Assembly (NCBI GenBank): GCA_025210965.1 | Contig: JAOAQY010000034.1 | Location: 32,207-96,206 of the forward strand | Source: Tissierellales bacterium | GTDB lineage: Bacteria; Bacillota; Clostridia; Tissierellales; JAOAQY01 | DNA: 64,000 bases | Direction: 5' to 3' | Shown: one piece after another, positions 58,185 through 64,000 of the stretch | How the letters are laid out: the number at the start of each line of letters is the position of its first letter | Position numbering within the stretch: the stretch's first letter is position 1 | Program-made: the position numbers and the translations under genes | The notes under the pieces: generated by a model | The model's database searches: none | What the model was told of the DNA's origin: nothing | The model's input: only the letters and a program-made list of their open reading frames with translations

Positions 58185-59363
58185 ATGAAAAAGAAAATCG
58201 GTGTTTTTTTTGGCGGAAAGAGCGTAGAGCATGAGGTGTCAGTAATTACGGGTCATCAAGTAATGGAAAACATAGATCACGAATTATATGATGTAGTACC
58301 AGTTTTTATAGATAAAGATGGTAAATGGTATACGGGAGACTCTCTTAAAGATTTCAATAATTTTAAAAATAGAAAATTAGAAAACTTAATAGAGGTTACA
58401 ATGAATCCTGTTTATGGAGATTACAATTTGTATACTCATCATAACAAGATGAAGAGAATCGGAAAAAATTATTCTGAAAGATTAGATGTTATTTTCCCGG
58501 CTATGCATGGGACAAATGGTGAAGATGGATCACTTATGGGATTATTTGAACTTATAGGAATTCCTTATGTAGGGTGTGGAGTTATGGCATCAGCAGTAGG
58601 AATGGACAAAATCGTTATGAAGTCAGTATTTAAAGCGGAGAATCTACCTATAGTAAATTATGCATGGTTTTATAGACAACGATGGGAGCAAGATAGCGAG
58701 AAAATTATTGCGGATATAGAAACGAATATAGGATATCCTGTAGTTGTTAAACCAGCGAATCTAGGATCTAGTATAGGAATAAGTAAGGCAAGCAATCGAG
58801 AAGAACTTTTAGAATCAATTAAAGTTGCTATTTGTTATGACAGAAAAATAATAGTTGAAGAGGCAGTTCAAAACTTAAGAGAGATAAATTGTGCAGTTAT
58901 GGGATATGAAGACCAAGTTAAGGCTTCTCTTTGCGAAGAACCAATAGGTTGGGAAGAAATACAAACATTTGCAGACAAATATATGTCAGGTAGCAAGGGA
59001 ACAAAGGCTGGGACAAAAGATGGTGGAGCAGATAATCATCAAATTCCAGCAAATTTGCCAGGAGATATGAGCAGTGAGATTCAAAGACTTGCAAAAGAAG
59101 CATTCATAGCATTAGATTGTGCAGGGAATGCTCGAATTGATTTTATGATTGGTGATAACAAGGATATCTATGTAAATGAAATAAATACATTACCTGGTTC
59201 TCTTTCATTTCATATTTGGAAGGCTTCAGGTCTTGAATTTAAACCAATGCTTACAGAGATGGTTGAGATGGCTATAAAGATTAGCAGTGAAAAGCATGGA
59301 AATATGTATACTTATGATGTTGACTTGTACAATAATATGGGTAAAAAATCAACAACTAAGTAA
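58185..59363 (+). CDS. ddl: D-alanine--D-alanine ligase
   Basis: It has FGGKSVEHEVS, HGTNGEDGSLMG, an ATP-grasp core (GYPVVVKPANLGSSIGISKA) and NEINTLPG. Confidence 0.9.
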   Translation: MKKKIGVFFGGKSVEHEVSVITGHQVMENIDHELYDVVPVFIDKDGKWYTGDSLKDFNNFKNRKLENLIEVTMNPVYGDYNLYTHHNKMKRIGKNYSERLDVIFPAMHGTNGEDGSLMGLFELIGIPYVGCGVMASAVGMDKIVMKSVFKAENLPIVNYAWFYRQRWEQDSEKIIADIETNIGYPVVVKPANLGSSIGISKASNREELLESIKVAICYDRKIIVEEAVQNLREINCAVMGYEDQVKASLCEEPIGWEEIQTFADKYMSGSKGTKAGTKDGGADNHQIPANLPGDMSSEIQRLAKEAFIALDCAGNARIDFMIGDNKDIYVNEINTLPGSLSFHIWKASGLEFKPMLTEMVEMAIKISSEKHGNMYTYDVDLYNNMGKKSTTK

Positions 59364-59389
59364 TTGAAAATAAATTAATAATATAGAAA

Positions 59390-59449
59390 GGAGCTCAGTT
59401 TGATTGGCATGCTTTATAGGATATGCTTGTAGTATTTGGGCTCCTTTTT
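59390..59449 (+). terminator. Terminator after ddl (long hairpin with internal sub-stem)
   Basis: The outer stem GGAGCTCA/TGGGCTCC is followed by TTTTT, and the inner stem is GCAT/ATGC. It overlaps the ORF-track TTG start of rnr, which supports the downstream ATG. Confidence 0.6.
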
Positions 59450-59468
59450 AAAATTCGGAGAGGTGTAT

Positions 59469-61592
59469 ATGAATATAAAAGAGGTATTAGTAGGATTGAT
59501 GAGAGAAAAAGGGTACAGGCCATTAAAAAAACAAGAATTGGCCAAGATATTTGATATCAATAAGTACCAGAGAAAAGATTTTTACAAGTTGATTGATCAA
59601 ATGGAAAAAGAAGGATATATATTAAAATCTACAAATGACAAATATGGTTTACCTGAGAATATGGGTTATATTAAGGGCAAGGTTCAAATGAGCGACATGG
59701 GCTATGCTTTTTTGATACCAGAAGATAAAAATTTAAAAGATTTATTTATAGGAAAAGAAGCTACAAAATCGTCTATGGATGGAGATACTGTACTTGCTAT
59801 GGTAATTCGTGAAGCTACAGAAGATAAACGAGCTGAAGGGAAAATAATAAAAATATTAGAAAGAGCAAATAAAACAATAGTTGGTAAGTTTCAGCAAAAT
59901 ACTAACTTTGGATTTGTAGTTCCTGAGAGCAAAAAACTAAAGCAAGATATTTATGTAGCAAATAAGAAAAATCGTGGTGCTAAAAATAACCAAGTAGTGG
60001 TTGTTGAGATTGAAAAGTGGCCTGAAGAGGGACGAAAACCTGAGGGAAGAATAGTTCAGATTCTTGGATATATGAGTGAGCCGGGAGTAGATGTAGAAGC
60101 AATAATAAAGCAATTTAATTTGCCAGAAGATTTTCCAAAGGAAGTACACAAGGAATCAAAAAAAGTTGAAGAAGTTATTTCGGAAGATGAAATTAAGCGT
60201 AGACTAGATCTAAGATCTAAGAAAATTTTTACAATAGATGGTAAGGATGCTAAGGATTTAGATGATGCTATATCTATTGAGAAACTTGAAGATGGAAATT
60301 ATTTATTAGGAGTGCATATAGCAGATGTTACACACTATGTTAAAGAGAGAAGCGCTTTAGATGTAGAAGCTTTAAATCGAGGAACTAGTATTTACTTAGT
60401 TGATAGAGTAATACCTATGCTTCCAAAAAAATTGTCAAATGGGGTATGCTCTCTAAATCCAAATGTAGATAGATTGACATTATCTGTTCTTATGACTATT
60501 ACACCACAGGGAAAGGTTGTTTCACATGATATAAAGGAAACAATTATATGCTCTGTAGAACGATTAAATTATACTGATATATCAAATCTACTAGAGAATG
60601 ATGATGAACAGCTTAAAATGAGATATGATAACATTTTAGAGGATCTGTATACAGCAGAGAAGTTAGCAGCGATACTTAGATCAAAGAGAGAGCAAAGAGG
60701 AGCTATCGATTTTGATTTTGATGAAGCAAAGGTAATACTTGATGAGAGAGGAAAAGTTGCGAGTATAGATAAATACGATAGACGAGTTGCAAATAGAATG
60801 ATAGAAGAATTTATGCTAGTTTGTAATGAAACTGTATCAGAAGCAATGTTCTGGACTGAGACGCCGTTTTTATACAGAATTCATGAAGATCCTGATGATG
60901 AGAGAATGAATGTATTTATAAGATTTATAAATAATTTTGGATACACAATAAAAGGGATTGAAGATGGTGAGATACATCCAAAAGAATTACAGAAAATACT
61001 TGATCAAGTAAAAGGAAAGCGTGAAGAGGCTGTAATAAATACTTTGATGCTTAGATCGCTGAAAAAGGCAAGGTATAGTTCGGTTCCAGAAGGTCATTTT
61101 GGATTATCGGCAGAGTATTATAGTCATTTTACATCACCTATAAGAAGGTATCCAGATCTTCAGATCCATAGAATAATAAAAGAATTTATTAATGCAGAGC
61201 TTAATACTAAGAGAGATTTTCACTATCGTGGAATACTACCTAAGGTTGCAGAGCAAAGTTCTACTATGGAGAGAAGAGCAGAAGAAGCAGAGCGTGAGAG
61301 TGTAAAGATGAAGATGGCAGAGTATATGAAATCTCATATTGGAGAAGAGTATGAAGGTATAATATCAGGAGTTACTTCATTTGGATTATTTGTAGAATTA
61401 GATAATACTATAGAAGGTTTGGTACATGTAAACAAAATGCCAGGTTATTATGTATTTGATGAAGTCGAATTTGCATTGTATGATGAAAATAGTGGAAAAG
61501 AATATAAATTAGGCGATACAATAAGAATAAGAGTAGCTGGAGCGGATGTTACTAAAAGAGAGATTGATTTTGTAATCGTTGAAAGCGAATAG
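59469..61592 (+). CDS. rnr: Ribonuclease R
   Basis: It has an RNB domain (IDGKDAKDLDDAIS, ...FTSPIRRYPDLQIHR) and a C-terminal S1 domain (YEGIISGVTSFGLFVEL). The RBS GGAGAGGTG precedes ATG 59469. Confidence 0.9.
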   Translation: MNIKEVLVGLMREKGYRPLKKQELAKIFDINKYQRKDFYKLIDQMEKEGYILKSTNDKYGLPENMGYIKGKVQMSDMGYAFLIPEDKNLKDLFIGKEATKSSMDGDTVLAMVIREATEDKRAEGKIIKILERANKTIVGKFQQNTNFGFVVPESKKLKQDIYVANKKNRGAKNNQVVVVEIEKWPEEGRKPEGRIVQILGYMSEPGVDVEAIIKQFNLPEDFPKEVHKESKKVEEVISEDEIKRRLDLRSKKIFTIDGKDAKDLDDAISIEKLEDGNYLLGVHIADVTHYVKERSALDVEALNRGTSIYLVDRVIPMLPKKLSNGVCSLNPNVDRLTLSVLMTITPQGKVVSHDIKETIICSVERLNYTDISNLLENDDEQLKMRYDNILEDLYTAEKLAAILRSKREQRGAIDFDFDEAKVILDERGKVASIDKYDRRVANRMIEEFMLVCNETVSEAMFWTETPFLYRIHEDPDDERMNVFIRFINNFGYTIKGIEDGEIHPKELQKILDQVKGKREEAVINTLMLRSLKKARYSSVPEGHFGLSAEYYSHFTSPIRRYPDLQIHRIIKEFINAELNTKRDFHYRGILPKVAEQSSTMERRAEEAERESVKMKMAEYMKSHIGEEYEGIISGVTSFGLFVELDNTIEGLVHVNKMPGYYVFDEVEFALYDENSGKEYKLGDTIRIRVAGADVTKREIDFVIVESE

Positions 61593-61604
61593 ATAATTTT
61601 TGAA

Positions 61605-61631
61605 ATAGCAGTTTTATGCTGCTATTTTTTT
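61605..61631 (+). terminator. Intrinsic terminator after rnr
   Basis: The stem ATAGCAG/CTGCTAT is followed by TTTTTTT. Confidence 0.75.
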
Positions 61632-61682
61632 GTACAAAAACAGCAGGAAAGCCTTTTCTTTTTATTAATTTCACAAAAAGTA

Positions 61683-61711
61683 TTGCAAAATGTTAATAAA
61701 ATGTGTATAAT
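61683..61711 (+). promoter_or_regulatory. SigA-type promoter of the symporter gene
   Basis: The arrangement is TTGCAA - 17 nt - TATAAT, with TG immediately upstream of the -10. Confidence 0.65.
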
Positions 61712-61758
61712 AACAAAAAACACTTGTCGACGCAGAGAAGACAAAAGGGAGGAACAAG

Positions 61759-62952
61759 ATGAAAAAAATAGGGCTACTGCCGAGACTGATAATCGGCATT
61801 ATAATGGGTATAGCTATTGGACTTTTATCAGCGCAAGCTGGAAGATTTGAAGTGGTGAGAATATTATCCACATTTAGTAGTATATTTGGCAATTTTCTTA
61901 AATTTATTATTCCATTTATTATTGTAGGATTTGTTGCACCGGGTATAGCTGACTTGGGAAATAAGGCAGGTAAATTATTGGGTATTACAGCTGTGTTTGC
62001 CTATGTTTCTGCAGTATTAGCAGGACTTATGGCATTTTTTGTTGGAAGTACTATTTTACCGAACTTTATCAAAATTGGTGAAGAAGCCGCTGGAAATGGA
62101 GCAGATGTATCTGCATTTTTCACTATTGAAATGCCACCAGCTATGGGAGTTATGACAGCTCTTGTAACAGCATTTGTTATAGGATTAGGTATGGCGGTTC
62201 TTAAGGAAAAGAATTTACTTGGAGTTATAAAGGATTTTCAATCTATAGTTATGCTAGTTGTAAACAATGTATTGATTCCATGTATACCAATTTATATAGC
62301 TGGTGTATTTGCTAAATTGTCAGCTACAGGTAAGATATTTGATACTATTAAAGGATTTTCGTCAGTATTTGCAATGATACTTATATTACAGGTGGTGTAT
62401 TTGATAATTCAATATACATTGGCTTGGGCTATAACTGGTAAGAATCCGGTAAAAGCAATAAAAAATTTATTACCAGCATATTTTACAGCACTTGGAACAC
62501 AATCTTCAGCAGCAACTATTCCTGTTTCATTAGAGGCATCTAGAAAAAATGGAGTAGATGATGATATCGTAGATTTTGTTGTACCACTTTGTGCAACTAT
62601 TCACTTGGCTGGTGACACTATAACATTAGTACTTGGAGCTATGGGTATAATGATGGTATCTGGAACTGTGCCAGGCTTGCAAGAAATAGTTCCATATATA
62701 TTGATGCTTGGAGTTACAATGGTTGCAGCTCCGGGGATACCAGGTGGTGGAGTTTATGCAGCGTTAGGTCTTTTAGAAAATATGCTTGGCTTTGCAGGAC
62801 CACAACAAGCACTTATGATTGCACTTCACTTCTCGCAAGATAGTTTTGGAACAGCGACTAATGTTACAGGTGATGGAGCAATTGCTATAATAATGAATTA
62901 TGTAAATTCAAAAATGAATGCAAAGAGTGAAAAAGTTAAAAAAACTGCATAA
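61759..62952 (+). CDS. Dicarboxylate/amino acid:cation symporter family transporter (SstT-like, possibly Ser/Thr)
   Basis: It is a polytopic protein with DAACS-type motifs (...TQSSAATIPV..., ...ATIHLAGDTI..., ...DSFGTATNVTGDGA...). Confidence 0.75.
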   Translation: MKKIGLLPRLIIGIIMGIAIGLLSAQAGRFEVVRILSTFSSIFGNFLKFIIPFIIVGFVAPGIADLGNKAGKLLGITAVFAYVSAVLAGLMAFFVGSTILPNFIKIGEEAAGNGADVSAFFTIEMPPAMGVMTALVTAFVIGLGMAVLKEKNLLGVIKDFQSIVMLVVNNVLIPCIPIYIAGVFAKLSATGKIFDTIKGFSSVFAMILILQVVYLIIQYTLAWAITGKNPVKAIKNLLPAYFTALGTQSSAATIPVSLEASRKNGVDDDIVDFVVPLCATIHLAGDTITLVLGAMGIMMVSGTVPGLQEIVPYILMLGVTMVAAPGIPGGGVYAALGLLENMLGFAGPQQALMIALHFSQDSFGTATNVTGDGAIAIIMNYVNSKMNAKSEKVKKTA

Positions 62953-62971
62953 ATAAAGAGTTGATTAAAAA

Positions 62972-62995
62972 AGAGATGCTGAGCATCTCTTTTTT
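62972..62995 (+). terminator. Intrinsic terminator
   Basis: The inverted repeat AGAGATGCT/AGCATCTCT is followed by TTTTTT. Confidence 0.75.
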
Positions 62996-63106
62996 AATTT
63001 TTAAATTTTTGTCATTATTTATTTTTGATAAAAGGGTTTCCTAGTCCAGTTAGTACATGATAAGATGATTGTGTATGGCAATATGACTTATGAAGAGGTG
63101 ATTGAT

Positions 63107-63967
63107 ATGGACAAAAAAGAGATTATCAAGAATTTAAAGGATTATGCAGTAATTACAGGTGGAATATTGATTATGGTTTTAGGATTAAGTTTCTTTTTAG
63201 AACCATCAGAATTGGCAGTTGGAGGAGTTTTTGGTTTCGCAATGCTTGTTAATAAAATGATACCTAGTATCCAAACTGGAGATGCGATGCTTATAATGAA
63301 TATAGTTCTATTTATAGTTGCATTTATAGTAATAGGAAAAGAATTTGGTGCTAAAACTATATTTTCAAGCTTGCTCTTATCTTATTTGGTAAAAGTGACT
63401 GGAAATTTATTTCATGTAACACAACCGCTTACAGATGATATGTTTTTAAATTTATTTTTCGGAATATTGATACAAGGCATTGGAATGGCAATTATTTTTT
63501 ATTATGGAGCTTCAACTGGCGGAACAGATATAGTTGCTAAGATTATAAACAAATTTACAAATATGAATATTGGAAAGGCATTATTATTGTCAGATTTTCT
63601 TATTGTGCTTGGTGCATGCTTTATATTTGGTCTTACAAAAGGATTGTACGCCTTACTTGGAGTTATAATGAATGCGGTAGTCATAGATAATATGATTGAA
63701 GGATTAGATATGAAAATTAATATATCTGTAGTGAGTTATAAATTGGATGAGGTACAGAAATTTATAATAGATGATTTAGAGAGAGGTGCCACATTGTATG
63801 AAGCAAAAGGTGCTTATACAGGATCTCCTAAATTTGTATTACATGCAGTTATGAGTAGAAAAGAATTTATAGCACTTAGACATCATATAAAAAAAGTAGA
63901 TCCAGACGCTTTTGTAATAGCTCACAATGTTAGAGAAGTAATGGGAGAAGGGTTTATGGGAAATTAA
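63107..63967 (+). CDS. YitT family membrane protein (with C-terminal DUF2179 domain)
   Basis: It has a YitT-type TM region (GASTGGTDIVAKI) and a soluble C-terminal domain. The RBS GAAGAGGTG precedes ATG 63107. Confidence 0.75.
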   Translation: MDKKEIIKNLKDYAVITGGILIMVLGLSFFLEPSELAVGGVFGFAMLVNKMIPSIQTGDAMLIMNIVLFIVAFIVIGKEFGAKTIFSSLLLSYLVKVTGNLFHVTQPLTDDMFLNLFFGILIQGIGMAIIFYYGASTGGTDIVAKIINKFTNMNIGKALLLSDFLIVLGACFIFGLTKGLYALLGVIMNAVVIDNMIEGLDMKINISVVSYKLDEVQKFIIDDLERGATLYEAKGAYTGSPKFVLHAVMSRKEFIALRHHIKKVDPDAFVIAHNVREVMGEGFMGN

Positions 63968-63968
63968 T

Positions 63969-64000
63969 ATGAAAATATATATAGATGCAGATGGATGCCC
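63969..64000 (+). CDS. 5' end of a YaiI/YqxD (UPF0178) family gene, truncated by the window edge
   Basis: The N-terminus MKIYIDADGC matches the conserved UPF0178 start (MxIxVDADxCP). Only 10 codons are visible. Confidence 0.5.
   Translation, partial: MKIYIDADGC

Overview
This is an AT-rich chromosomal segment with strong plus-strand bias, most likely from an anaerobic, amino-acid-fermenting low-GC Firmicute (Clostridia/Tissierellia-like). I can support about 60 protein genes. I found no rRNA or tRNA genes, no CRISPR array, and no transposase, integrase or phage genes. Most of the content is core housekeeping. In order: rnhB; a membrane GGDEF cyclase; an AraC regulator divergent from an Fe-alcohol dehydrogenase that has a Rex-type box; a soluble REC-HisKA-HATPase-REC hybrid kinase followed by a LonC-type protease; an orphan MsmX-like ATPase; a polar amino-acid ABC transporter; an AI-2E transporter; an M18 aminopeptidase; a parvulin; a radical SAM protein; cca, rodA, nfo, kbl and nth; an actin-fold ATPase with a C-terminal array of ThiS-like repeats next to a DUF2225 zinc-ribbon protein; cheX; trmL; a Na/Pi cotransporter with Pho-box-like repeats; the glycine reductase selenoprotein operon grdX-trxB-grdE-grdA-grdB; a BMP/nucleoside ABC transporter; rpoN-cggR-gap-pgk-tpiA-gpmI-eno-secG; a membrane pyrophosphatase; an alpha/beta hydrolase, a membrane-anchored MurF-like ligase and ddl; rnr; a DAACS symporter; YitT. 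The most interesting observations are: (1) two complete promoter + tandem-glycine-riboswitch + terminator modules in series (four aptamers) ahead of the grd operon; (2) in-frame UGA (selenocysteine) codons in grdA and grdB that split both genes in the ORF track, in a minimal grd locus lacking trxA and grdC/grdD; (3) the actin-like ATPase / beta-grasp-repeat fusion paired with DUF2225; (4) a MurF-like ligase whose N-terminal domain is replaced by a polytopic membrane domain. All functional calls come from motif recognition by eye. No database search, covariance model or folding program was run, and start codons were refined only from RBS spacing.
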